24,832 nucleotides of DNA, from contig JBMFIG010000020.1 in NCBI GenBank assembly GCA_049976425.1, forward strand, positions 1 through 24,832. Reading direction: 5' to 3'. The position numbers and the translations under genes are program-made. Origin of the DNA: Thermoproteus sp. GTDB lineage: Archaea; Thermoproteota; Thermoprotei; Thermoproteales; Thermoproteaceae. The stretch's first letter is position 1; every line of letters begins with the position of its first letter. This document shows, piece after piece, positions 8,202 through 17,336 of this stretch. The notes under the pieces were generated by a model that saw nothing but the letters and a program-made list of their open reading frames with translations, was not told where the DNA came from and did no database searches.

Positions 8202-9121
8202 TAGACGACCTCTATCTTTCTGGAGAAGTATACCAGAGATCCGTTCGGACAAGTACCCAGCGCCTGTCTGCTCCTCTCCGTCAACTGGGCGAGGAATTCA
8301 GTCGCATTTGGAGGCGCCAACAGCCCGCTTATGATTAGACCCCCTCTGCCGTCGACGCCGGTATACAGATAGCTCGGATCGTAGGGTATACCCGCCTCTC
8401 TGTAGATATCCAGGACTATCTGCTTAAGCTTTACCAGCTCCGATACGTTGTAGCGCGCAGGAAAAGGCGTTTCGCTTATCTCCACTATCGCCAAGGATCG
8501 CGGCGTGTTTAGCCTACTGATATTTGCAAGGACGTGCTTGACGTGTGTAAGTTCCTTAAAACCATTTCCTATATCAGTAAAGATGGTTATAGATAGGAAA
8601 CCTCGATGTATATCTACATATATATCATCTGATGTAGTTATATTATTTTTCTTCAATGTGCTCTTAATCTGATAGCCTAGCTCCAGCATCTTGAACGCGT
8701 CGGGGCTCGCCCTCGCCAGCGCTTCGGGGTACGTCTCGTTAAGCGACTTGTAGTAAAAGTTCAGATAGCCGCTGTAGTTCGCCGACCTGAGCTCGCGCTC
8801 TATGGAAGGCCACTGGCCGTTTATATACTCGGTAGACCACCGGCCGAGTATGTAGTCTAGGCTAGGTCCAGAGGCGTTATAGGGATATCTTATGGAAGAA
8901 CTATTATTTAAATCAATTATAAAGTAAATACAATTATTTATATTAATTATCTTATTTATATTATACCATTTAACAACATATACAATAGATAAATTACCGT
9001 AGTTATGCATCTCCGTATATTGAATAGGTGAAGCAAGGACCTCCGCCGACGGCGAGAATACGGGAGTTGCGGCGATCAAGATAAGGCCGATGGAAGTTAA
9101 GGCATATACAACCAGCTTCAT
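8081..9121 (-). CDS. Hypothetical surface protein (signal peptide and C-terminal TM anchor), paralog B
   Basis: Shares WPSIE.ELR.ANYSG.L, EALAR.S, VYVD..RG, CPNGS and the whole C-terminal anchor with paralog A. Contains AT-rich internal patches. Confidence 0.8.
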   Translation of the reverse strand: MKLVVYALTSIGLILIAATPVFSPSAEVLASPIQYTEMHNYGNLSIVYVVKWYNINKIININNCIYFIIDLNNSSSIRYPYNASGPSLDYILGRWSTEYINGQWPSIERELRSANYSGYLNFYYKSLNETYPEALARASPDAFKMLELGYQIKSTLKKNNITTSDDIYVDIHRGFLSITIFTDIGNGFKELTHVKHVLANISRLNTPRSLAIVEISETPFPARYNVSELVKLKQIVLDIYREAGIPYDPSYLYTGVDGRGGLIISGLLAPPNATEFLAQLTERSRQALGTCPNGSLVYFSRKIEVVYPAGYRISWGYVVLELAGLAMIVAGSAYLVVKALREKRAA

Positions 9122-9258
9122 ATTAAGACTACCGTTTTAGGTATTTTTCTTTACTGTAGCCCAATTGATATATCGTTTTTAGTCGATAATATTATTATAT
9201 ATCGATGACCGCTCGGCTCTGGGCATATCCAGATTTTTATAGGGGCTTTCGATTGGCC

Positions 9259-10704
9259 ATGGACTCCAAGGTCGCCGAGTGGCGTAAGTTGATCCAGAGC
9301 CTTAGGGGCGCCGGCGTCGAGCCGTATCCCCACAGCTTCAAGATAACGCACAGCGTCAAGACCTTGAACGAGCTGAGGAGGCAGGCGCTTCTGGATCCTT
9401 GGGTGGGGTCCACGGTGACCACAGCCGGCAGGGCCACGGACATAAGGCGCCACCCCAACGTGGTCTTCATAGACCTCTACGAGGACGGGGCGAGGTTCCA
9501 GATAATGGTGGATCCCAAGGAGCCTCTCCTGGAGTATATATGGAGGGGGGACTACGTCGGGGCGTCCGGCGCGTTGGTGAAGACGCAGAGGGGGGACTAC
9601 GCCGTGAAGGCCGAGAGGCTGTTCCTTCTGGCTAAGGCCGTCCAGTCCCTTCCGGAGTGGGGCAAGGTGGATAGGGGGTCCCCCTTCTACATGCGCCACC
9701 GCGCCGTCTCCATGGTTTTGGACATACAGCTGAGGTGGAGGATCTACACGAGGGCCCGCCTAATACAGGCGTTCCGCGAGGCCTTCTGGCGCCGCGGCTT
9801 CGTCGAGATACCCACGCCGGTGCTCCAGCCTATATACGGCGGCGCCGCCGCCAGGCCCTTCACGACGCATATATGGGCCATAGACGAGGACTGGTACCTC
9901 AGGATATCGCCGGAGCTCTACCTCAAGCGCTATATAATCGCGGGCTTCTCGCGGGTCTTCGAGATAGGCCCCCAGTTCCGCAACGAGGACATAGACGCCT
10001 TGCACAACCCCGAGTTCTGGTCCCTGGAGGCCTACCAGGCCTATGCGGACTACAACGACATGATGAGGCTCATGGAGGAGACCACCTACGAGGCGCTCCA
10101 GGCCGCCTTGGGGACCGCCGTGGTTAAATACGGCGAGTCGACCATAAACTTCTCCCCTCCGTGGAGGAGGATAACGCTGCACGACGCGTTGAGGGAGTTC
10201 GGCGGCGTCGACCCGGACAAGCTCACCGACGACGAGATAAAGGATAGGCTGAGGGCGCTACAAGTGCCTCTGAAGGCGTACAACAGAGGGATAGCCCTCG
10301 TCAAGCTCTTCGAGAAGCTGGTCGAGAAGAAGCTCGTCCAGCCCACCTTCGTCTACGACTACCCCGAGGAGTCGACGCCTCTATGCAAGCCGCATAGGGA
10401 GAAGCCGGGCCTCGTCGAGAGGTTCGAGGCCTTCGCAGGGGGGCACGAGCTGGCCAACGCCTACACGGAGCTCAACGACCCCGTGAAGCAGTACGAGTTC
10501 TTCAAGAGGGAGGAGGAGCTGTTCCCCAAAGACGAGGCGCATCCGCTGGACTACGACTTCGTGGAGGACCTATCCTTCGGCATGCCTCCGACCGGCGGCA
10601 TAGGGATAGGCATAGACCGCCTGGCCATGATAGCGACGGGCGCCGAGTCCATAAAGGACGTGATACCGTTCCCGATCGTAGCCAGGAGGGAGCTCGGCCA
10701 GTGA
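9259..10704 (+). CDS. lysS: Lysine--tRNA ligase, class II
   Basis: OB-fold N-terminus with motifs GGAAARPFTTH, YLRISPELYLKR, FRNEDIDALHNPEF, ELANAYTELNDP and GMPPTGGIGIGIDRL. Start set to the ATG at 9259 (TTTTTATA at 9234-9241). Confidence 0.96.
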   Translation: MDSKVAEWRKLIQSLRGAGVEPYPHSFKITHSVKTLNELRRQALLDPWVGSTVTTAGRATDIRRHPNVVFIDLYEDGARFQIMVDPKEPLLEYIWRGDYVGASGALVKTQRGDYAVKAERLFLLAKAVQSLPEWGKVDRGSPFYMRHRAVSMVLDIQLRWRIYTRARLIQAFREAFWRRGFVEIPTPVLQPIYGGAAARPFTTHIWAIDEDWYLRISPELYLKRYIIAGFSRVFEIGPQFRNEDIDALHNPEFWSLEAYQAYADYNDMMRLMEETTYEALQAALGTAVVKYGESTINFSPPWRRITLHDALREFGGVDPDKLTDDEIKDRLRALQVPLKAYNRGIALVKLFEKLVEKKLVQPTFVYDYPEESTPLCKPHREKPGLVERFEAFAGGHELANAYTELNDPVKQYEFFKREEELFPKDEAHPLDYDFVEDLSFGMPPTGGIGIGIDRLAMIATGAESIKDVIPFPIVARRELGQ

Positions 10705-10774
10705 TCGCAGTGTGGAGCTCGCCGGCTTGATCTCCCTGCGAGCCCTCGACAAGGGCTGACGTGGGGCGGAGACG

Positions 10775-12370
10775 TCAGCCCGTAATTAGGTAGAACCCGT
10801 ACAGGAGGACGGCCAGGAGCGACAGCGCGCTCAGCGCAAATATCCACATATGCGCCATGAGGGCCCAGACGAATACGGCGGCCACAGCGGCTGTGTAGAC
10901 CAGCTCGGGCGCGAAGTTCTCCCTAAACGCCAGCTGGCTCGAGCCCTTGGGCGTCACCCTCCACGTTATCGAGCTCCGGAAGAAGCCCATCAACATGTAC
11001 ACGAACGCAGTTATGTCTATCATGAGGGAGATGACCCCGTTCTGCGCCGCTATGGCGAGAGATTCCGTGAGGCTGTAGCCCTCCCTCCTCGCGAGGGCCA
11101 CGACGTATCTGAGGAGCACCGCGGTGGCTACTGCGAGGGCCGCCTCCAGGACCGCCACGGGGAGCGGCGGTATTATATAGCCTGTGTAGGCCGCGGCGAG
11201 GCCCACCACGGGCAGGAACACGGTCGTGGTCACCAGAAGCGGGTGTTGCGCCACGTTGAGCAAGATGCTGAGCTTGCTCCTGAGCGGGAGGTCGGATCTC
11301 AAGACCTTGACCAGATACCTGCGCAGTATGTACGAGGAGTTGAAGACCCACCTCGCGAACTGCTTCCTAAACGCGAAGTACGTCGACGGTATCTCCACCA
11401 TGATGGGGGCGCCGCCGTCGTAGACTATGCGGCCGCCCGCCAGCAGGACCTTCAACGAGATGTCGTAGTCGTCCGCCACGCAGTCGCAGAACCCGCCTGC
11501 CCTACGGAGTAGGTCCCTCCTCAAGGCTATGCCCGACCCCAACGCGAGTAGCACGTCGCCAGACAAGGCGCGGCCGAGGTAGGCGCCGTAGAGCAGGAAG
11601 TACTTGTAGACGAATTTCAGAAGCTTCCCGAGCTTGGTGAAGAGCGAGATGTAGCCGTCCCAGCCCAGAAACAGCAGAGTCCTCTCGTCGACGGCCTCGG
11701 CTATCCTCCTGGCTATATCCCTAGGCAGTTTGCTGTCTACGTCGAGAAACGCCAGGACGTCGTACTTGGCCACCTCGGCGGCCCAGTTAAACGCCGACCC
11801 CCTAAACCTCCCGCCGCCGGTCCTCCTGACGGCGCGCGCGTCGATCCCGAGCTCCCTCGCCAACGCGTCTACCAACGTCTTGATCTTCGCGAAGTAGCCC
11901 GGCTCGTCGTCGGACAATACGAGCACCTCGAACAGATCGCGGGGATAGTCCACGTCGGAGAATCGGGTCAGCATGGCGGCTATCACCTCCAGCGGCTCGT
12001 TCTTTACGGGCACTATAAAAGATATCGGCGGCGGATCGGCGGATGCCAATCTGGGCGGGGATAGACGCGCCGTTCCTCTCGCTACTTTTCTGAAATATAT
12101 AATAAATTGTATAATTAATATTAAATCGAAAATCAATAGAACAGAATAAATAAAATATATGATAAAAATATCGGAGGAAGTCATAGAAGGCGCCGAGGGG
12201 CCCTTGCAGCCCTCCACAAACTGGCTTGAGTTTATGCATGTAATAATATTTGAGCTTATATTTGATGAGTATTTACTAATATTTCTAAAATATAATGAAA
12301 TATTATGAAGATAATTTGATATGTTAGGTATAATAGTGATGATGCTGATGTTGCCGTACAGCGGATCCAC
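10775..12370 (-). CDS. Processive GT2 glycosyltransferase (cellulose synthase-like superfamily), integral membrane
   Basis: IVPVKNE, LSDD, FLDVDS (DxD), ADD and QFARW (QxxRW) motifs. One TM precedes the catalytic domain and several follow it. TTATAA at 12389-12394. Confidence 0.85.
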   Translation of the reverse strand: MDPLYGNISIITIIPNISNYLHNISLYFRNISKYSSNISSNIITCINSSQFVEGCKGPSAPSMTSSDIFIIYFIYSVLLIFDLILIIQFIIYFRKVARGTARLSPPRLASADPPPISFIVPVKNEPLEVIAAMLTRFSDVDYPRDLFEVLVLSDDEPGYFAKIKTLVDALARELGIDARAVRRTGGGRFRGSAFNWAAEVAKYDVLAFLDVDSKLPRDIARRIAEAVDERTLLFLGWDGYISLFTKLGKLLKFVYKYFLLYGAYLGRALSGDVLLALGSGIALRRDLLRRAGGFCDCVADDYDISLKVLLAGGRIVYDGGAPIMVEIPSTYFAFRKQFARWVFNSSYILRRYLVKVLRSDLPLRSKLSILLNVAQHPLLVTTTVFLPVVGLAAAYTGYIIPPLPVAVLEAALAVATAVLLRYVVALARREGYSLTESLAIAAQNGVISLMIDITAFVYMLMGFFRSSITWRVTPKGSSQLAFRENFAPELVYTAAVAAVFVWALMAHMWIFALSALSLLAVLLYGFYLITG

Positions 12371-12448
12371 GGTGATAACTACGGCCTCTTATAATTCCTT
12401 TTCCGAGATCTCTGAGGCGGGCTCCGCGGTCTGGCGAAAAAGCCGGCG

Positions 12449-13750
12449 TCAGGCGAGCCCGAGCGAACCCAGCCTCTCCCTCAAGTTGCCGAGCTGGGCG
12501 GGGCTCCCGGCCTCGATCTTCACTCTGATCAGAGGCTCTGTGTTGCTCGGCCTAATCAACAGCCTCCCGCCGTCTCTGAACCTGATATCCACGCCGTCTA
12601 TTTCGTATATCTCGGCCCCGCCTATGGATCTAGCGGAGCTCCTGACCTTCTCCATAACCCTCCTCTGGTCGTCGACCCTTATGTCTATCCGCTCCTCGTA
12701 GACCTTGGGGGCCTCGGCGAGGAGGTCGTCGAGAGTCTTGCCTATGCTTCTGGCCACGTCGAGGACCTTAAGCGCCGTGTATATCCCGTCGTCGAAGTAG
12801 TAGTGCTCCCTAAAGCCTACGTGGCCGCTGTACTCGGCCCAGAAGGCCGCGTTGCTCCTGATGGCGGCCGGCTTCTGGAAGCTGTGGCCCACCCTCTCGC
12901 GCACTATCTTGACCCCCCTCTCCTCGGCGACTCTCTCCAGATATAGGGGCATTGTGGCGTCGAGGACCACCACGTCGCCGGGCTTGGCGTAGTGGCTTAT
13001 CAGCATATAGGCTATCTTCTCGGCCCTAAACACGTCGCCTTTAGCCGTCACCAAGCCGACGCGGTCCCCGTCGCCGTCGAGGGCGACGCCGGCGTCGAGG
13101 CCCTCCGCCTTGACGAGCTCGGCCAGCTGGCGCAGATTCTCTGGCTTCTCGGGGTCCGGCGGGTGTGAGGGGAACCTGCCGTCGGGCCTCCCGTTGATCA
13201 CGGAGACTCTCTTGAAGAGGCGCTTCAGCAGAGGCCGGAGGATCACGCCTGCGGCGTTTGCTGGGTCGAAGCCTACGGATATGTCGAACTCGCCGAAGGT
13301 GTTCTCGAGGTACTGGAAATACCTCTCCTTGACGTCCTGTACGTAGACGAGCCCCTTCTGCCCCTCAGGCGGCTCCTCCAACATTTCCTTAAGCCTCTGG
13401 AGCTCCTCGGAGGTTAGGTCGATGCCGCCCTTGTGCATGATCTTGAGGCCGTTGTACTCGGGAGGGTTGTGGGAGGCCGTTATCATGACCGCCGGCTCGT
13501 AGAGCAGGCGCGACGCGAAGTGAGTCATCGGCGTCGTGACGTTGCCCAACAGCTCGACGTCGGCGACGGGCAACAGACCCGCCACGAGGTGCCTCAACAC
13601 GTCGGGGGAGTGCGTGCGGACGTCCATGCCTATTAGGATCTTCCCGCCGCCGAAGAACTTGCCCACGGCGTACCCGATGCGCCTAACTAGATCGGGCGTC
13701 AGATCTTTCCCGTAGACGCCGCGTATGTCGTAGGCCTTGAAGACCGACAC
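12449..13750 (-). CDS. Phosphomannomutase/phosphoglucomutase
   Basis: Motifs FKAYDIRG, ITASHNPPEYNGLK (phosphoserine), DGDGDR (metal), AEYSGH and RPSNTEP. Confidence 0.93.
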   Translation of the reverse strand: MSVFKAYDIRGVYGKDLTPDLVRRIGYAVGKFFGGGKILIGMDVRTHSPDVLRHLVAGLLPVADVELLGNVTTPMTHFASRLLYEPAVMITASHNPPEYNGLKIMHKGGIDLTSEELQRLKEMLEEPPEGQKGLVYVQDVKERYFQYLENTFGEFDISVGFDPANAAGVILRPLLKRLFKRVSVINGRPDGRFPSHPPDPEKPENLRQLAELVKAEGLDAGVALDGDGDRVGLVTAKGDVFRAEKIAYMLISHYAKPGDVVVLDATMPLYLERVAEERGVKIVRERVGHSFQKPAAIRSNAAFWAEYSGHVGFREHYYFDDGIYTALKVLDVARSIGKTLDDLLAEAPKVYEERIDIRVDDQRRVMEKVRSSARSIGGAEIYEIDGVDIRFRDGGRLLIRPSNTEPLIRVKIEAGSPAQLGNLRERLGSLGLA

Positions 13751-13840
13751 GGCACCAGCTACATATCGCTATTTACGTTTTGCGTCGTCGGGCGGCCGGC
13801 GCCGTCCGCTAGATTTATAGAGCTGGGCCCGAGAACTTAC

Positions 13841-14977
13841 GTGAGGTTCAGCGGCTACGCCGATCTGCCGCTCCACACAGGCCACGTCCCGCCGTGGCTA
13901 CTGTCCAGGATGAAGAAGCTCTCGACGCTTCTCCTGAATATAATGTACGACCTCTGGGGCGAGGAGGGGATACTGGTCAGGCTGGCCAGCCCCGTGTTCT
14001 TCCAGGCGGTGAACGACCTCATAGGGATGGACTGGGACTCGAGCGGCAGCACGACGGTGACGACGGCGGTGCTCAAATACGCCATGGAGAAGGCCGATCT
14101 GCCCATAAGGATAGCAGGCGGAAAGGGCGCGGCCGCGTTGAGGACGCCGGACGAGCTGAGGTCCATAGCAGACCGCTGGGGCCTCGACTGGGCGAGGCTG
14201 GCCGAGGCGTCGCGGCTGGCGGCCAAGGTGGACAACGCGCTCGTGCAGGACGGCTACTCCATATACCACCACGCCTTCGTGGTCACGGAGAGGGGGAGGT
14301 GGGCCGTGATACAGCAAGGCATGAACCCCGCCGCCAGGATGGCGAGGAGGTACCACTGGCTCGAGACCGGCCGCTTCTTCGACGACCCCCACAGCGGGAT
14401 CGTGGGCGTGAGGGAACGCGCCGTGTTGAACCTAGCCTCGTCGAAGAGCGCGGGGAACAGATCGGCCATACTAGACGTCGTCTCGTCGGGCCCCGAGAAG
14501 GTGGCCAGAGACTTGATGTTGCTGACAGGCCAGACCACGTTGGTGGGCCCCACCTACTACCACCCCTACGTCGACATCAAGAGGCTTAGGTCGGAGATAG
14601 GCGATCCCCGCAGGCTAGCCCAGTCCCTGCCCAGAGACGTGTCCAGCTTCAAGGAGCTCCTGCTACATAGAGGGGTAGGCCCCAAGACCCTCAGAGCCCT
14701 CGCCCTCGTGGCCGAGCTGGTGTACAGAAGCCCCGCGGACTGGACAGACCCCGCCAACGTGGATCCGTTCAAGTTCTCCTTCGCCGTGGGCGGCAAGGAC
14801 GGCGTCCCCTACCCCGTGGACAGGAAGACCTACGACGAGCTGATATCGCTTCTGGAGGCCATGGTCGACGCCGCCAGGAGGAGCGGCGACAGGGGGATAT
14901 ACGGCTACCTCTCCTCGCTGGCCTCGAAGGCGGCTGGGTGGAGCCCTCCGCAGAGCTTCAAGAGGCCGACGCCGTAG
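13841..14977 (+). CDS. DUF763 family protein
   Basis: Motifs ADLPLHTGHVPPWL, GMDWDSSGSTT, AKVDNALVQDGY, QQGMN, ARRYHW, GVGPKTLRAL and FAVGGKDGVPYPVD. TTTATA at 13814-13819. Confidence 0.85.
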   Translation: MRFSGYADLPLHTGHVPPWLLSRMKKLSTLLLNIMYDLWGEEGILVRLASPVFFQAVNDLIGMDWDSSGSTTVTTAVLKYAMEKADLPIRIAGGKGAAALRTPDELRSIADRWGLDWARLAEASRLAAKVDNALVQDGYSIYHHAFVVTERGRWAVIQQGMNPAARMARRYHWLETGRFFDDPHSGIVGVRERAVLNLASSKSAGNRSAILDVVSSGPEKVARDLMLLTGQTTLVGPTYYHPYVDIKRLRSEIGDPRRLAQSLPRDVSSFKELLLHRGVGPKTLRALALVAELVYRSPADWTDPANVDPFKFSFAVGGKDGVPYPVDRKTYDELISLLEAMVDAARRSGDRGIYGYLSSLASKAAGWSPPQSFKRPTP

Positions 14978-15021
14978 AGCCGCGGCGGCGTCTTTAAAAA
15001 CATATAATATAGACCTCCGAG

Positions 15022-15552
15022 ATGGAGATAGTCCTCGAGGGCCCTCAGGAGTTCACGGCCAAGGACGGGCGCAGGTACGTCCTGCGCGAGTTCAAGATGG
15101 CGGACCTCAACTCCGTCGTCTCGATAAACAGGCGCGTCCTGCCCGAGAACTACCCCGAGTGGTTCTTCGTGGAGCACCACATGTCGTTCCCCAAGGCGTT
15201 TATAGTCGCCGAGATGGACGGCGAGCTGGTCGGCTATATGATGAACAGAGTGGAGTACGGCTGGAGCTACATAAACAAGGGCAAGGCCGCCCACAAGGGC
15301 CACGTGGTGTCTATCGGCGTCCTCCCCCACGCGAGGAGGCTCGGGATAGCCACGAACATGATGTTAAGGGGCATGAAGGCCATGAAGAGGTTCTACGACG
15401 CGGAGGAGGTATTCCTCGAGGTCAGGGTCAGCAACACGCCGGCCATATCGCTCTACAAGAAGCTCGGCTACGAGATAGCGGGGCGCATACCGAGGTACTA
15501 CAGCGACGGCGAGGACGCCTATATAATGGCCAGGACGTTGGCCGACCTCTAA
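15022..15552 (+). CDS. rimI: N-terminal protein acetyltransferase, Ard1/RimI family
   Basis: Motifs LPENY, GHVVSIGV...RRLGIA, LEVRVSN..AI.LY and YYSDGEDAY. TTTAAAAA at 14993-15000. Confidence 0.9.
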   Translation: MEIVLEGPQEFTAKDGRRYVLREFKMADLNSVVSINRRVLPENYPEWFFVEHHMSFPKAFIVAEMDGELVGYMMNRVEYGWSYINKGKAAHKGHVVSIGVLPHARRLGIATNMMLRGMKAMKRFYDAEEVFLEVRVSNTPAISLYKKLGYEIAGRIPRYYSDGEDAYIMARTLADL

Positions 15553-15582
15553 AAAGATTAATACCTCTGGCGGGTATTGTAC

Positions 15583-15745
15583 GGGTCGGACCGCCGCGCG
15601 TCTGCGCGGCTGGATGAAAGGCCCGCCCGCGGCCGAGCCGCAAATTCACAACGTCATGACCCTATCACGAGCGCCGCACTCCTATACGCAGACGGCCCGC
15701 GCAGGCCGACCTCAGCCTAGTACCTGCTGAGAGATCGGGGTCGGC
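15583..15745 (+). ncRNA. Candidate structured non-coding RNA, class unknown
   Basis: Lies between convergent genes and about 20-25 nt after an AAAAAG-ATTAATA promoter-like motif. Contains several complementary segments and a K-turn-like GGATGA/CCGA hairpin. Confidence 0.3.
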
Positions 15746-15747
15746 GC

Positions 15748-16983
15748 CTACTCGCCGAATTTCTCGGAGAGGCCTAGATAGCTCGCTATGGTCGGCATGA
15801 CGTCCATGCCTCTTATCCTGCCGAGCGCGCCGCGCCAGCAGGTCAGCTCGCTGAACTTAGTCACGTCGTCTCTAACCACGTCGGGGCCGTAGAGGAGTAT
15901 GGGGACCGGCTCGCCGGTGTGCTCCCTCACCGATACGGGGGTCGCGTGGTCGGACGTGACGACGACGTAGTTCTCCTCGAGGACGGCCTCGTAGGGCCTC
16001 AAGGCGGCGTCCAGCCTCTCCACCACGTCTACCTTTCCTCTGAAGTCGCCGTCGTGGCTGGCGCTGTCGGTCCCCTTGACGTGGAGGAAGACGAGGTCGT
16101 ACCTCTTGAGGAGCTCGACGGCGAGCTTCGCGGCCTCCTCGAACTTGTCGAACTTAGTGCCGCCTAGGCCCTCGGCGCTGTAGAGGTCCATGCCCACGGC
16201 CCTCGCCACCCCTCTTATTAGAGCGACGCCGGCTATCGCGGCCCCCTTGACGTTGTACCTCTGCCGTAGCGGCTCGATGCTCGGCATATAGCCGCCGCCC
16301 CTCACCAAGACGGCGTTTATCAAAGGCTCGCCCCTCGACGCCCTCCTCTTATTGGCCTCCAGCTCCTTGGAGTACGCCGTGAAGGCGTCCGATATGTAGT
16401 TCACGACGTCGGCCGCCGTCCTCGCCTCCTTGCTGTCCTCCAGCGGTTGCGAGCGCCTTACAGGCTCGCCTGTCTTGTGGGGATCCGTGTCGGACACCTT
16501 GTGGGAGACGGCCCCCCTCAGCACGAGGACTCCTCTGTGCTCCACCGTCGACTTGTAGACCACGGAGACCCCGAACTTCCTCTCCACCTCCTCGCCTATC
16601 CTCGCCATCATCGCCTCCACTTCCTTCGCCTCCTCGGGCGCCACATATCTGCCGGCCCTCCTGTCGACGACCACGCCCCTGGCGTCCACCGTGGCGAGGT
16701 TGGTCCTAAACGCCACGTCGCCGGGCCTCAGCTCCAGCCCGGCCCCGAGCGCCTCGAAGGCCCCCCTGCCCGTGTAGTACCTATAGGGGTCGTACCCGAA
16801 GAGGGCCAGGTGGGACGTGTCGGAGCCGGGCCTCACCCCCGGCGATATGGGGTCCATGACCCCGCAAGATCCGAGCGAGGCCAGCTTGTCTATGACGGGC
16901 TTCAACGCCGCGAAGAAAGGCGTAGCGCCGTTCCTAGGCCTATCCCCGCCTCCGTCGAACAGTATCCACAACACCGAGGTCAT
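15748..16983 (-). CDS. apgM: 2,3-bisphosphoglycerate-independent phosphoglycerate mutase (archaeal)
   Basis: Motifs [56 protein letters not shown] and HTGEPVP. Confidence 0.93.
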   Translation of the reverse strand: MTSVLWILFDGGGDRPRNGATPFFAALKPVIDKLASLGSCGVMDPISPGVRPGSDTSHLALFGYDPYRYYTGRGAFEALGAGLELRPGDVAFRTNLATVDARGVVVDRRAGRYVAPEEAKEVEAMMARIGEEVERKFGVSVVYKSTVEHRGVLVLRGAVSHKVSDTDPHKTGEPVRRSQPLEDSKEARTAADVVNYISDAFTAYSKELEANKRRASRGEPLINAVLVRGGGYMPSIEPLRQRYNVKGAAIAGVALIRGVARAVGMDLYSAEGLGGTKFDKFEEAAKLAVELLKRYDLVFLHVKGTDSASHDGDFRGKVDVVERLDAALRPYEAVLEENYVVVTSDHATPVSVREHTGEPVPILLYGPDVVRDDVTKFSELTCWRGALGRIRGMDVMPTIASYLGLSEKFGE

Positions 16984-17010
16984 AGCCGGTTTGCGTCCCG
17001 GATATATAAG

Positions 17011-17316
17011 TTAGGTCGATTCGTCCACCCATTTGAGGTAGTCGGGGTCGCCCTCGACTATAGGCAAGGCGATTATCTCGGGGACCTTGTAGGGGTGGAC
17101 GGCCTTCACCTCGGACATCAACTCCCTCAACCTCTCCTGCCGCGTCTTGACTATCAGGAGCACTTCCTCGTCCCTCTCCACGCGCCCCTCCCATCTATAT
17201 ACCGAGACGACCGGCGCCACGTTCACGCAAGCCGCCAGCCTCCTCTCCACGAGATGTCTCGCGATCCTCTCCCCGTCGTCCCTAGGCGCCGTTATGTACA
17301 CCACCACGTGGCCCAT
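17011..17316 (-). CDS. cutA: Divalent-cation tolerance protein CutA
   Basis: Motifs [24 protein letters not shown] and HPYKVPEII. Start moved to the ATG at 17316; the upstream extension in the track overlaps the next gene. Confidence 0.93.
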   Translation of the reverse strand: MGHVVVYITAPRDDGERIARHLVERRLAACVNVAPVVSVYRWEGRVERDEEVLLIVKTRQERLRELMSEVKAVHPYKVPEIIALPIVEGDPDYLKWVDEST

Positions 17317-17336
17317 GGCCGGAAACGGCAACCTCT

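Noticed and set aside
9259-10704. Class II LysRS in an archaeon as a sign of recent horizontal transfer
   Set aside because: Class II LysRS is already known in several crenarchaeal lineages, and codon use is host-like.
10701-10759. Possible C/D-box sRNA at the lysS 3' end (GTGATCG...TTGATCT...CTGA) with a small hairpin AGCCCT/AGGGCT
   Set aside because: The C and C' boxes are degenerate, there is no clear D', and the guide spacing is atypical. Not supportable without RNA data.
15553-15747. RNase P RNA, SRP RNA, 5S rRNA or tRNA identity for the structured intergenic region, and a 38-codon ORF at 15614-15730
   Set aside because: I could not find the conserved motifs of those RNAs on either strand, and the small ORF has atypical codon use.
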